A DNA stretch of 64,000 bases from Candidatus Multivoradales bacterium (GCA_965248925.1 CBDFLE010000006.1:2688001-2752000); one strand, 5' to 3'. Shown: positions 33,051 through 43,449, counted from the stretch's first letter. Notes: a model not told the origin generated them from the sequence alone. Numbers and translations are program-made.

Positions 33051-34877
33051 TCACCGGCTGGTTGATTTCACCACCGCTGCCTTATCGGCTCGCGAGACGC
33101 CAACACTGACCTCCAGATTGACCGTGGTCTCGAGGTCGGCGATGACGTCGCGAATTCCCACCGACACCCGGTGACGGCCTTTGCGCATCACCAGATCCAC
33201 CTGATAGCCGGCTTCCGCCTTCTTGGCCTCCTCGAAGCGGCTAGCCGGTACTCGGATCGGCAGTTTGATGCGTTGAAATGGCGACAGGTTGCCTCTCTCG
33301 TCCTGGACGATGACGAAAGCCAAGACCTCACCGGCGTAGACTCCCTCTTGCGGCAGCAGGGCAAGGTTCTCGAACGGAATGCGAATCAGCAGCGGTACCC
33401 GGTAGGTGCCACCGGCGGTTTCGTTGTACTGACCGGCTACCAGACTGACGTCCAGTGGATTGTCTTCGACGTCAAAGTAGAGGGCCGACAGGGTGAGATT
33501 CTCCATTTGTTCAATGGGATCCAGTTCGCGGTAGCCTTTGAAGTAGCGGACGTCGAGGCGGGGCTGATCTTTGATCGTGACCTTGATCTTGTGGAACTTG
33601 TCGTCGCGGGCGGATGCAGGTAGATAGCCCAACGAGTAGAAGCTCGAGAAATCTTTCACCACTTGTTCCATCAGGCCTCGCAGGTTGCTGCTCCGGGTGT
33701 AGGCGCGACCGCCAGTGCCGTCCGCGATCAGCATCATTGAGCTTTCCCGGCTGAATGCATCGATGGTCAGAACTTCAGGAGAAAATGCGCCTTGGCCGTT
33801 GGCGGTGCTCGCCCCAGCCAGTTCGGCGGAATTTCGTCCGACGCCGTGGAGGAGGGAGTTGGAGATCGGATAGAAGGTCACCCGATGGGCGCTGGCGTGC
33901 TCGACCAGACTGCGGAAGGAGCCCATCGTGCTGCGCGGCATACTATTGAGCCGTCCGATTTCTCGCAGCACCTGGTTGGCTTGATTCTGATAGGCCCAGG
34001 ATTCGAATTGGTTGCGCCAGGCCTGCACCAGGTCCTCGCCGGGTCGCGAGGGGATGCCATCGCTAATGTAGAGCACCGCTTTGCGACCCGGCAGTCCAGC
34101 CAGGGACTCGGTGAATTTTTTGATGCCGTTGACCACTTGTTTGACATTCAGGACTGTGCGATGGACGTTGGTGTCGATGTTGAACATCAAATTCCGCGCT
34201 TCGAGTTGGGCTGCCTCGAAGGCTCCAACGTCGAGAGAAGCGCCGGTCGGGCGAGGGGTCAGCGCTGCTCGATTGATTCGCCGTAGCAGGTCGCGCTTTT
34301 CCAGCCGCAGCCGCACTAGCCGCCCGGTCTCGAGTTCCAGCTTGCTTAGGCTGGCGTCGATCTTGTCTGCGTCGTTGGTGAAGTTCTGCACCATCTCCAG
34401 CTGGCCACCGTAGGAGACGATCATCACCCGGTCACTGGGATCTAGACCCTCCTGTATGAACTTGCGCAGGCTGGCAAAAGTGCGGTTGCGATTCTGCGGC
34501 AGGATGTTCAAATTGTCGACGTAAACCACCAAGAGGAGGCTGCGGGTCGCCGGCAGCTGATCGCTGAGTTCTCCGGCTTGGTTGATCGCGTTGCGGTTCT
34601 CGACCGCGAAGAAGTTGCTCAGCTCGACCGGTTGCTTGTCCTCGGTGACGATGAAATCAGACTTCTTCAGCCCGGTCACCGGCTCGCCCTGGTCGTCGGT
34701 GACCAACACCTCCAGATTGACCAGCCGCACATCGACCGAATCAAAGAAAACACCGCCACTGCCAGCCGCCGGCTCAGCATCAGAGGCTGATGGCTGTTCA
34801 CCCTGGGCCGACAATGGCGCGCACATTAGCGCCATGGCGAGCACACATTGGAATAGGGGGAGATCCTTCAGGCGCAT
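33051..34877 (-). CDS. VWFA-related Acidobacterial domain protein
   Basis: VNLEVLVTDDQGEPVTGL..DF, LPGRKAVLYISDG, TGG, YSLGY, FHKIKV; start set at ATG 34877. Confidence 0.85.
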   Translation of the reverse strand: MRLKDLPLFQCVLAMALMCAPLSAQGEQPSASDAEPAAGSGGVFFDSVDVRLVNLEVLVTDDQGEPVTGLKKSDFIVTEDKQPVELSNFFAVENRNAINQAGELSDQLPATRSLLLVVYVDNLNILPQNRNRTFASLRKFIQEGLDPSDRVMIVSYGGQLEMVQNFTNDADKIDASLSKLELETGRLVRLRLEKRDLLRRINRAALTPRPTGASLDVGAFEAAQLEARNLMFNIDTNVHRTVLNVKQVVNGIKKFTESLAGLPGRKAVLYISDGIPSRPGEDLVQAWRNQFESWAYQNQANQVLREIGRLNSMPRSTMGSFRSLVEHASAHRVTFYPISNSLLHGVGRNSAELAGASTANGQGAFSPEVLTIDAFSRESSMMLIADGTGGRAYTRSSNLRGLMEQVVKDFSSFYSLGYLPASARDDKFHKIKVTIKDQPRLDVRYFKGYRELDPIEQMENLTLSALYFDVEDNPLDVSLVAGQYNETAGGTYRVPLLIRIPFENLALLPQEGVYAGEVLAFVIVQDERGNLSPFQRIKLPIRVPASRFEEAKKAEAGYQVDLVMRKGRHRVSVGIRDVIADLETTVNLEVSVGVSRADKAAVVKSTSR

Positions 34878-34984
34878 AAGCGGTGTCCTTCCGCGCGGTT
34901 GATCGGCCGCGCTTGGCGAGAGCATGACTTTCCGATCTTATCAAGCTGCGCCCCAGAGCCACAGCTCCATGTCGGGCACCCATA

Positions 34985-35016
34985 GAAAAAGCCCCGACCC
35001 AGAAGGGCCGGGGCTC
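34985..35016 (-). terminator. Rho-independent terminator of the TonB-dependent receptor gene
   Basis: Minus strand GAGCCCCGGCCC-TTCT-GGGTCGGGGC-TTTTT. Confidence 0.85.
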
Positions 35017-35040
35017 ATTCAAGCAGAGGTCAGACTTCTA

Positions 35041-38000
35041 CTAGAAGCGGAAGCCGACCGAGAAGCGCCAGGTCCGCGGACGCTGGACGCTGGCCTCGGT
35101 CGTTGGAGTCCCGAAATCGTCGCCTTTCACCCAATGAACGCCTTCGATCGGCGTATCGGTGAAGGCGTTGAAGTCCAGGCAATTGCCCTGCGCATCGCCA
35201 TTCGGGCAAGTTCCGGCACCACTGTTGGAGAAATCGAGGACGGTGGTGTTGACAGCGGAGGCATCATCTTCGTCGAAGATGTTGAGCACCTCAGGCTGGA
35301 TGAAGACTTCCATCGACTTACCGAACGCATTCCAGCGGAAAGCGTAGTTCAGCGACAGGTCCGTACGAGTGAAATCATCCGTGCGGAAAGTGTCGCGACC
35401 GCCGGAGAAGAAATAGGTCGAGGTGGTCGGTGGAAGGGCATAGCCGCCACCGACACCTTCGATCACGGGGGCCAGGCAAGCCGGGCAGTTGGCCGCGATC
35501 TGGTCTCCGGTCAAGGTTCCCGGAGTGGTATCCACCGAACCGGAGGCACTATAGGGAGTGCCGCTGAAGAAGTTCTGCAGAATGCTGGCGTTCAAGCTGT
35601 GACGTTCGCTGTCGATGATGTCGTAGACCACCCAAGCACGGACCTTGTGCCGCTGGTCGGCCAACAAGAAGCCAGTCGGCTGAGACCAGCTCAGCTCGCT
35701 GAACTCAGGGTAGTTCTGCGGCGACGACGGCACCGGACCAGAGCCCGAGGTCTCACCATTGATGTTACCGATCAGCTGCGACCAGGTGTAGTTGCCGGCG
35801 AAGGTGAACTTGTCGGTGAGCCGGTAGCGGCCCTGCAAGTTGACGCCATAGTAGTCGCGTTCCAGGAATGCATCGCCGAAGTTGCCTACCTCGGTGAAGT
35901 CCAGAATGCCGGCCGGAGTCGACACGGTACCGGTATTGAGGGTCGTCTGGTTGGAATAGAAGTCCTCCCAGCTGCGGATCACAACATCGCCACGGAACAG
36001 GCCCTTGGAGCCTAGACGCTTGGTGATGCCGACCGTGAACTCGTCGGCCGACGGCGACTTCAGCGTATCCGGGATGCCTGAGGTGGCGCCCGGGACACAG
36101 CCGAAGATCAGGCCCGGGAAGGTGACGCCACCATCGAACGGCGGCAACTGCAGAGTACCGCCTGCGCCAACGTACCAGTCGTAGAGCACCCGTAGGGCGT
36201 CTTCGGTCGACACGCAATTGGTGCCGTCGGTCTGACAGTTGGTGTTCACTGCTGGACCCCCGTAGAAGCTGCCGAAACCACCCAACGCGCCACCCTGAGA
36301 GGTGGAGTCGGCGCGGGTGTTGGCAATAGCGGCAACGTAGGTGCCGAAGCTAGCGTTGAACACCATGTCGCCATCACCGTGGAGGTCCCAGCTGGCGCCG
36401 AAGCGCGGGCTGAACTTGGTGTCGTCGACCGTCTTGGTGCCACCGGAGTCGGTGCCGTCATTGGCGTCATAGCGCACGCCGATGTTGAAGCTCCAATTCT
36501 CGTTCAGCTGCCAGCTGTCGTTGGCGTACAACGAGTCGGTGGTGAAGTCGGTCGGCTTGGCGATATCGAGGTTGAACGGCGGCCAGAACACCACCCAGGT
36601 GCGCGAGGTCTCGAACACCGGATAGATGTTGTTATTGCCGTCGATGACGATGTCCTCGGCCCAGACCTGGAAATCACTACCCGACTGATGGTTGATTGAG
36701 AAGCGGATATCCGTGTAAGTGTCGTAGCCAAAGGCGAAGTCGTGCGAACCGGCGCCTTCGGTGGTCAAGAAGTAGGAACCCTTGACCAGGGTGTTCTCAT
36801 TGTCGCGTTGCTCGTCCTCGCAGCTGCCGCAGAAGGTCGACGAGTGGAAGCGACGGCCGGTCGGACGGTGCCGCACCAGAGTGCCGGGGATCAGCGTCTC
36901 GATCGACCGGGTGGGACCCGGTCCCGGGCCGCCAAAGCCTTTGGCAATCACCAGGTTACGCTCGGAATACTGTGCCTCGACGAAGAAGCTCGAGGTCAGA
37001 ATGCCAGTGTAGTTGACCGAGTTGATCTCCTGCGGATCGGTACGGTCGTTGAGGCTGGCTACATCCAAGACACTGCCGAAGGTCGAGCCGGAACGGGTGC
37101 GCTCGATCTCCAGGTAAGAACCGATCAAGCTGTGGCTTGGCGTGAGGCCGACCGTCAGCTTGCCCTCAACGCGGGTTTCGGCGTCGGTAGTTCCGAAGCC
37201 GATACCGGTGATGATGGTGGTTCCGGTGCCGGTGGCCTCGCTGTCGCGGCCGGCAGCGAAGAACCAGATCTTGTCCTTCCAGATCGGACCACCGAGGGTG
37301 GCCTCGTAGATCTGGTTGATGTCATCGGTGCGGGGATCCGCGTCGCCTTCGAACACTACTTCGCGGGCGTTGTTCGAGATCCAATCGTCGTTGGTCAGGT
37401 TGGCGCGGATCGAACCCGAGAACTGGTTGCCACCGCTCTTGGTGATGACGTTGACCACGCCGCCAGTGAAGCGACCGTACTCGGCCGAGATGCCGGCCGT
37501 GGTGGTGGTGGTTTCCTGCACCGCGTCCTCGATGAACAGCGGCAGCGATCCGCCACGCACGTTCTCGTTGATCACCACGCCGTTGACCATCCACAAGTTC
37601 TCGAAGGACATGGCACCATTGATGGTGATAGCCGCGCCGGCCGCGGGGGCCGTGCTGTGGGTGCCCGGAGCCAGGCTCACCGCGTCGTTGATGGTCCGAC
37701 CGATGGGCAGCTTCTCGATCTCGTCCTGGGTGAAGGTGGTCGCCAGGGTGTTGGTCTCGGAAATGGTGTCGAGCTGGCTGGTGACAACGATTTCCTCGAC
37801 GACCTCGGAAAGGCCCATTTCGATGTCGGAAATTGAGGTCTGAGCCGCGCTCAGCTTGATCGTCCGAATGGTGGTCGAGAATCCCTCAAGTTCGTAGGTG
37901 GCTTTGTACTCGCCCGGCGGCAGAAAGCCGAGCTTATAGTCGCCGTTGGCTCCCGATTGAGTGTTACGCACCCCCTGCAAGTTGGGGGAAGTAACCGTGA

Positions 38001-38148
38001 TCGTGACGCCCGGCAGGCTGCCACCTTCCGTATCGGACACGTTGCCAATCAACGATCCGGTCGGGTTTTGCGCCAAGACCTGCGGCGCCAGCAAAATGCC
38101 GATCACCACGAAGAGGCCCAGCGCTTTGGCCCATGGGTTTGTCCTCAT
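35041..38148 (-). CDS. TonB-dependent receptor (Oar-like, N-terminal carboxypeptidase-regulatory-like domain)
   Basis: Signal peptide; LPGVTITVTS..G; EEIVVT; plug SAEYGRFTGGVVNVITKSGGNQFSG; C-terminal WRFSVGFRF. Confidence 0.93.
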   Translation of the reverse strand: MRTNPWAKALGLFVVIGILLAPQVLAQNPTGSLIGNVSDTEGGSLPGVTITVTSPNLQGVRNTQSGANGDYKLGFLPPGEYKATYELEGFSTTIRTIKLSAAQTSISDIEMGLSEVVEEIVVTSQLDTISETNTLATTFTQDEIEKLPIGRTINDAVSLAPGTHSTAPAAGAAITINGAMSFENLWMVNGVVINENVRGGSLPLFIEDAVQETTTTTAGISAEYGRFTGGVVNVITKSGGNQFSGSIRANLTNDDWISNNAREVVFEGDADPRTDDINQIYEATLGGPIWKDKIWFFAAGRDSEATGTGTTIITGIGFGTTDAETRVEGKLTVGLTPSHSLIGSYLEIERTRSGSTFGSVLDVASLNDRTDPQEINSVNYTGILTSSFFVEAQYSERNLVIAKGFGGPGPGPTRSIETLIPGTLVRHRPTGRRFHSSTFCGSCEDEQRDNENTLVKGSYFLTTEGAGSHDFAFGYDTYTDIRFSINHQSGSDFQVWAEDIVIDGNNNIYPVFETSRTWVVFWPPFNLDIAKPTDFTTDSLYANDSWQLNENWSFNIGVRYDANDGTDSGGTKTVDDTKFSPRFGASWDLHGDGDMVFNASFGTYVAAIANTRADSTSQGGALGGFGSFYGGPAVNTNCQTDGTNCVSTEDALRVLYDWYVGAGGTLQLPPFDGGVTFPGLIFGCVPGATSGIPDTLKSPSADEFTVGITKRLGSKGLFRGDVVIRSWEDFYSNQTTLNTGTVSTPAGILDFTEVGNFGDAFLERDYYGVNLQGRYRLTDKFTFAGNYTWSQLIGNINGETSGSGPVPSSPQNYPEFSELSWSQPTGFLLADQRHKVRAWVVYDIIDSERHSLNASILQNFFSGTPYSASGSVDTTPGTLTGDQIAANCPACLAPVIEGVGGGYALPPTTSTYFFSGGRDTFRTDDFTRTDLSLNYAFRWNAFGKSMEVFIQPEVLNIFDEDDASAVNTTVLDFSNSGAGTCPNGDAQGNCLDFNAFTDTPIEGVHWVKGDDFGTPTTEASVQRPRTWRFSVGFRF

Positions 38149-38435
38149 ACAGCAGACTCCTTTCTAGGTGCTTCCCCAACTTCTTCTCAAGTAACCCGGG
38201 GAAACCGTTAGCGGGGGCCGTTCGCGGTACGAAACCGCTGCGGCCGCTGAAGCGAAGCGACGTTAGTCGCATCTCCGTCCCTGAGGGGACGGCGTCGAAA
38301 CTCAAGAGGACCGAGCCGCTGTCCGCCATCGCGACAAGCGTCAAGGCTCTCTCAAAAACAGTAGGAAGCATCACTCTGCAAGCTGCTTTCAGCTGGCGGA
38401 AGGTGTAACACTTCTGGGATCAACGTGTAGGTAAC

Positions 38436-38451
38436 AGCAAGGGCCATGCCA
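38436..38451 (-). promoter_or_regulatory. sigma54 (RpoN) -24/-12 promoter for the TonB-dependent receptor
   Basis: Minus strand TGGCAT-GGCCC-TTGCT matches TGGCAC-N5-TTGCW. Confidence 0.72.
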
Positions 38452-38728
38452 TTTCGACCGCAGTAGAAGGCATGGCGTCCAACTCTTGTCCCAACTGAGC
38501 TTGGCGGCCATAGCAGCCATCCAAAGTAGTCTTCGGATGGCCATAATACAGCCGCGCTCGATTTTTTTGAATCGGCAATTTTGAATCTGGACCCCCTTGC
38601 GCCCCACCCCAGAGTGGCTAGTGGCATCAAGGCCAAGGCGCTGGAAGATCCATTATAAACCTCAGATAGGGGCAGTATACGTCTTCCTCCGCCGCTTGGG
38701 AACACCTGGTGCGTGCTACCATCCGCCG

Positions 38729-40549
38729 GTGTTGTCCTTCCTCTTGCCGTGCTTCCACCACCGGGACTCGAACATCGTCTGCGCTGTGTTGACAACCTTG
38801 TGGGTGGCGCTCAGCGGCTGCGGCTCGGATGACCAGCGACCGGCCGCCGCCAAGGCCCTTTCCGAGGTGGCCGTAGGGTCCGTCGACCCGGGTGCAATCT
38901 TCGTTGATCGAGCCCTCGAGGTCGGCCTCGACTTCGTCCATTTCAACGGCATGTCGGGCAACTTCTACATGGCCGAAGTTACCGGTTCAGGCGGTGGGCT
39001 GGTGGACTTCGACGGCGATGGGGACCTTGACGTCTACCTGCTGCAGGGCACCATGATCGGCCCCGGGCGGACCCTGGAGCAAGCGCTTTTCCCACCCCAC
39101 CACTCAGCGCCGTTGACCGACCGCCTATTCCGCAACGACTTGCATTTCGACAGCAGCGGAAAGCGTCAGCTGAGCTTCAGCGACGTCACTGAGCAAGCCG
39201 GCCTCAGCCACATAGGATACGGCATGGGGATGACCAGTGGCGATTACGATAACGACGGCGATGTCGATCTCTTTATCACCAACTTCCGCTCGAACCAGCT
39301 GTTGCGCAACACGGGCGAGGGCCGGTTCGAGGATGTCACCGCCCTTGCCGGGGTCGACGATCCACGGTGGAGCGTACCGGCGACCTTCTTTGATTTCGAT
39401 CGCGATGGTTGGCTCGACTTGTTTGTCGGTAATTACATCGCCGCCGATCTGTCCAACCCGACAGTCTGCGGGGGCTTGACCGGGGCTCGCGAATACTGCG
39501 GTCCCGGAGCCTACCCGCCGGAGCCCGACCGGCTGTTTCACAATCGCGGTGACGGCACCTTCGAAGACGTCACCGCGGCCGTGGGTCTCGGCGCGGGCTT
39601 TGGCGGCGCTCTCGGGGTGGTTGCCAGCGACTTGAACGGCGATGGCTGGCTCGATCTTTACGTCGCCAACGATGGGGCGCCTAATAACCTGTGGATCAAC
39701 CAGCGGGACGGCACCTTTCGCGACGAAGCTCTGCTCGCCGGAGCCTCGGTCAATGCAAGCGGCCGGGCCGAAGCCTCGATGGGGGTCGATGCGGCGGACT
39801 TTGATGGCGATGGCGACGACGATCTCTTCATGGCCCACTTAACCGCCGAGACCAACACCCTCTTCGTCAATAACGGCCAGGGGTTGTTCACTGACTCGAC
39901 CATTGGGGTCGGCTTGGCCGCTCCGAGCCGCTCCTACACCTCCTTTGGCACCGCCTGGTTGGACTATGACAACGACAGCTGGCTCGATTTGGTGATTGTC
40001 AACGGCGCGGTCAAGGAAATCGAGGCCTTAGGGCGGCAACACGATCCGTTTCCGCTGCATCAGCCCAACCAGTTGTTCCACAACCAGGCCGGCCGTCGTT
40101 TTCGCGAGGTCAGCCGCTCGGCCGGCAAGGTGTTCGAACTCTCCGAGGTCAGCCGCGGTGTGGCAATTGGTGATCTCGACAATGATGGCGACTCTGACAT
40201 CTTGGTGATCAACAACAACGGGCCGGTGCGTTGGCTCGAGAATCAGCTCGGCCAGCAGGCTCATTGGCTGGGCCTGGAGCTGCGCGGAGGTAACCCCGGT
40301 CGCGATATGCTCGGCGCTCGCGTTGCCGTCTATCGCCCAGCTCAGTCGCCGTTGTGGCGCCGGGTGCGCACCGATGGCAGCTTTTGCTCGGTCAACGACC
40401 CGCGAGTGCTGATCGGCCTGGGTGAGCAGCCCGCGGTCGACAAGGTGCGGGTGCTGTGGCCGGGAGGCACGGTGGAAGAGTGGACCAATCTCAAAGTAGA
40501 TTCCTACAACCGACTCGAGCGCGGCACGGGCACCGCGGTGAGTCCCTGA
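38729..40549 (+). CDS. CRTAC1-family lipoprotein (FG-GAP repeats + ASPIC/UnbV)
   Basis: ALSGC lipobox; repeated DxDGDGxxDL Ca-binding motifs; C-terminal GARV..DPRVLIGLG..WPGG; start uncertain (ORF open from 38597). Confidence 0.88.
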   Translation: MLSFLLPCFHHRDSNIVCAVLTTLWVALSGCGSDDQRPAAAKALSEVAVGSVDPGAIFVDRALEVGLDFVHFNGMSGNFYMAEVTGSGGGLVDFDGDGDLDVYLLQGTMIGPGRTLEQALFPPHHSAPLTDRLFRNDLHFDSSGKRQLSFSDVTEQAGLSHIGYGMGMTSGDYDNDGDVDLFITNFRSNQLLRNTGEGRFEDVTALAGVDDPRWSVPATFFDFDRDGWLDLFVGNYIAADLSNPTVCGGLTGAREYCGPGAYPPEPDRLFHNRGDGTFEDVTAAVGLGAGFGGALGVVASDLNGDGWLDLYVANDGAPNNLWINQRDGTFRDEALLAGASVNASGRAEASMGVDAADFDGDGDDDLFMAHLTAETNTLFVNNGQGLFTDSTIGVGLAAPSRSYTSFGTAWLDYDNDSWLDLVIVNGAVKEIEALGRQHDPFPLHQPNQLFHNQAGRRFREVSRSAGKVFELSEVSRGVAIGDLDNDGDSDILVINNNGPVRWLENQLGQQAHWLGLELRGGNPGRDMLGARVAVYRPAQSPLWRRVRTDGSFCSVNDPRVLIGLGEQPAVDKVRVLWPGGTVEEWTNLKVDSYNRLERGTGTAVSP

Positions 40550-42633
40550 GCCGCGCTCGCCGGCTAGCCTCCTGGCTGGTGACCCTGCTGCTCTTGGTGG
40601 GCGGCCAAGTCGGCTGCGCCCCGGGTACCGCGCCAGGCGCCGAGCAGACCGCCCCGGCCGAGCGCGGCTTGCTGCCGGTACCGCAGCCGAACCTCAACGA
40701 TTCCGAGCCGGCGGTGCGCCAGCAGATCTTAGATCAACGGGCCGCAGTCGAGAGCCGGCGCCGCGCCGCCGGCTCGACTCGGGAGCTGGCCGCGGCCTAC
40801 GGCGAGTTGGGCTTGATCTATGTCACTTACGCTTTTGTAGAAGCTGCCGAAGTGGCCTTCCTCAATGCCAGTAAGCTGCAAACCGAGGATTTTCGCTGGC
40901 CCTACCTACAAGGCTATGTGCTGCAGCTGCAAGGGCGGCTGGCCGAGGCCCGGGGTGCCTTCGAGCGTGCTCTGCAGCTCGATTCGGAAGAGGTTCCGGT
41001 GTTGATCCGCCTCGGTCGGGTACATCTCGAACAGAGTGATCCAAGGGCGGCGCGCATCTACTTTGAGCGGGTGCTCGAACAGCAGCCGACTTCGGCGGTG
41101 GGGCACGAGGGGTTGGGCAAGGCAGCAGTGGCCTTGGGCGAGCTGAGCGCGGCGGTGAAACATCTGCGGCAAGCGCTCGAACTGCAGCCCGCCGCCTCGA
41201 GCCTGCACCAGGCCCTGGGCCTGGCCTATCGTGACCTCGGCCAGCTCGATCTCGCCCGGCTCGAACTCGAACAGAGCGGTGACGCGCTGGTGCTGTTCGA
41301 CGATCCCCATCTAGCGCCGATCACTCTGCTCGGGCGCAGTAGCGATTTGCTCCTAGCCCGTGGTGCCAAGGCTTTTGGCGAGCAGCGCTACGCTATCGCC
41401 GAGGGTTTCTATCGCCAGGCGTTGGGTACCGACCCCAAGAACATCGATATTCGCAAGGCCTTGGCCTATTGTTTGGAGAAAATGGGCGATATTCAAGGGG
41501 CGATCGACGAGTTGCAGGACGCTCTGCTCGCCGGCACCTCCGGCGATCCGGAGAAAGACATCCAGCACCGTGCCGATATCCATCGCATCCACGGTGGGTT
41601 AGAGGTCATGCGGGGCGACGACGGGGCGGCTATTCAGGCTTTCGAGAGCGCCCTCGAAGTGCGCCCGAACCTGTTGGACGCGCACCTCAAGTTGGGCGAT
41701 GCTCTGGCCCGCAGCGGCCGTTTGCAGGCGGCACTGAGCCACTACGAGGCTGTGCTCGAGGAACTGCACGACCATCCCGCGACGCTGATCAAGCGCGGCA
41801 CCACGTTGATCAACCTGGGCCATGGCCGGCGGGCGCTAGGAGATTTTTCCCGGGCGGTCGAGAAGGAGCCCGCCAACCCGCTGCTCCGCTTGCGCTACGC
41901 CGACGCTCTCGAGCACCTCGGCCAAGAGGCAGCCGCCGTGGAACAGCGCCAGCTTGCCGAACGAGCCGAGGACCCCACCGCTCGTGCCCGCTTGCTGACT
42001 ACCCGCGGCGACCGGCAGCTTCGCGCCGGGGACCTCAAGGCTGCCGAGACCAGCTACAGTCAAGCCCTCGACGCCGACCCTAAAGCGATCGAGGCGCGCT
42101 ACCAACTGGCCACGGTCTTGGGTCATCAAGGGCGCTTCGACGAAGCTCAACAGCAGTTTGCATGGGTGATCGGCGACGCGCCGCTGGATCGCCGGGCGCA
42201 TCGCGGTCTGGCGATCGTCTATCTGCTGCAAGGTCGCTATCAGCGGGCTCGAACCAGCCTTGAGCGAGCCTTGCGGTCCTTGCCCCGTGATCCCGAACTA
42301 GCGCATGGGTTGGCGCGCTTGCTGGCTACCGCGCCTGATTCCGCGGCCCGCGATGGCGCCAAGGCGGTGCGGTTGGCGGCCGACATCCACCAGCGCAGTG
42401 AGCGCTCGACCAGCGCTGAGACCCTGGCGATGGCCCTGGCCGAGGCGGGACAATTCGATCGCGCGGTCCAGCTCCAACGTCAGCTGGTGGAGGCGGTTAG
42501 CGCCGGTGGCCGATCAGCAGCGGCCGCCCTGCCGCGTTCGCGTTTGGCGGCCTTTGAGCGCTTCAAGCCTTGGCGAGCGCAGTCGCCAGATGAAATCATC
42601 TTGGTGATGAGGCCGGCCGCCGGCAAACCATGA
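40546..42633 (+). CDS. TPR lipoprotein, partner of upstream CRTAC1
   Basis: GQVGC lipobox; many TPRs; C-terminal LARLLATAPD..RDG motif; start uncertain (CTG 40546 or GTG 40579). Confidence 0.8.
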   Translation: MSRARRLASWLVTLLLLVGGQVGCAPGTAPGAEQTAPAERGLLPVPQPNLNDSEPAVRQQILDQRAAVESRRRAAGSTRELAAAYGELGLIYVTYAFVEAAEVAFLNASKLQTEDFRWPYLQGYVLQLQGRLAEARGAFERALQLDSEEVPVLIRLGRVHLEQSDPRAARIYFERVLEQQPTSAVGHEGLGKAAVALGELSAAVKHLRQALELQPAASSLHQALGLAYRDLGQLDLARLELEQSGDALVLFDDPHLAPITLLGRSSDLLLARGAKAFGEQRYAIAEGFYRQALGTDPKNIDIRKALAYCLEKMGDIQGAIDELQDALLAGTSGDPEKDIQHRADIHRIHGGLEVMRGDDGAAIQAFESALEVRPNLLDAHLKLGDALARSGRLQAALSHYEAVLEELHDHPATLIKRGTTLINLGHGRRALGDFSRAVEKEPANPLLRLRYADALEHLGQEAAAVEQRQLAERAEDPTARARLLTTRGDRQLRAGDLKAAETSYSQALDADPKAIEARYQLATVLGHQGRFDEAQQQFAWVIGDAPLDRRAHRGLAIVYLLQGRYQRARTSLERALRSLPRDPELAHGLARLLATAPDSAARDGAKAVRLAADIHQRSERSTSAETLAMALAEAGQFDRAVQLQRQLVEAVSAGGRSAAAALPRSRLAAFERFKPWRAQSPDEIILVMRPAAGKP

Positions 42634-42646
42634 ATGAGGAGTGCCC

Positions 42647-43402
42647 ATGTCAAGACGTCGAAAACTCTCGTTGAATCCGCGAAGGATCGCGGTCTTGATC
42701 GCCGCCCTCGGCCTGCTTTGGGCGCCTCTCGCGGTGGCCGATGCAGACGATCTCGAGGCGGTGCTGCAAGCAGCCTACGACGCTGCCCAGCAGCAGGACT
42801 TCGAGCATGCCATCAGCCAGCTACGCCGCGCTTTGGAGATCGATCCAGGAGTTCACCATGCGCGCTTCTCTCTGGCGCGGACGCTGTTCACCATGGGCCG
42901 CTATGAAGAGGCCTTGCCGGAGTTTGCGGCGGTGGTAGCGGCGCGACCCGACTACAGCCCCGCCCGGCTGGGCGAGGCCACCTCGCTGATCACACTCGAA
43001 CGCTACGACAGAGCGCGGCAGAGGCTCGAAGCCGCCTTGGTTGCCCTGCCTCGCGATGGCCTGTTGGCCCATGCATTGGCCCGTCTATTGGCCACTTGTC
43101 CAGAAGCTGAGGTGCGCGATGGCGCCCTGGCGGTACGCTTGGCGGCCAAGGTCTACGAGATCAAGAAAATGATCGAGACCGGTGAGACCCTGGCTATGGC
43201 CTATGCCGAGGCGGGTCAGATGGAACGCGCCGTCGCGCTGCAGCAAGAGCTGCTGCGAGAGGCCAAAGCAGAAGGCCAGGCAGTGCGGGTGGAAACCCTC
43301 GAACGGCATCTGGCCCGCTTTCGAGAAGGCAAGGCCTGGGTCGCCGAGTCGCCGGTCGAGATCGCCATGGCCAGCCGGCCGGATCAAGCGCTATCGCCGT
43401 GA
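42647..43402 (+). CDS. Secreted short TPR protein
   Basis: GAGGAG before ATG 42647; signal peptide; TPRs; LARLLATCPEAEVRDG motif. Confidence 0.8.
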   Translation: MSRRRKLSLNPRRIAVLIAALGLLWAPLAVADADDLEAVLQAAYDAAQQQDFEHAISQLRRALEIDPGVHHARFSLARTLFTMGRYEEALPEFAAVVAARPDYSPARLGEATSLITLERYDRARQRLEAALVALPRDGLLAHALARLLATCPEAEVRDGALAVRLAAKVYEIKKMIETGETLAMAYAEAGQMERAVALQQELLREAKAEGQAVRVETLERHLARFREGKAWVAESPVEIAMASRPDQALSP

Positions 43403-43449
43403 GCGAACGGCGGCTCGCGGCTGAGGAATCACCATCGCAGGAGATAGGT

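Noticed and set aside
34924-37836. Long plus-strand ORFs (363 aa and 364 aa) opposite the TonB-dependent receptor
   Set aside because: Antisense shadows expected from biased codon use in a GC-rich gene; no recognisable motifs
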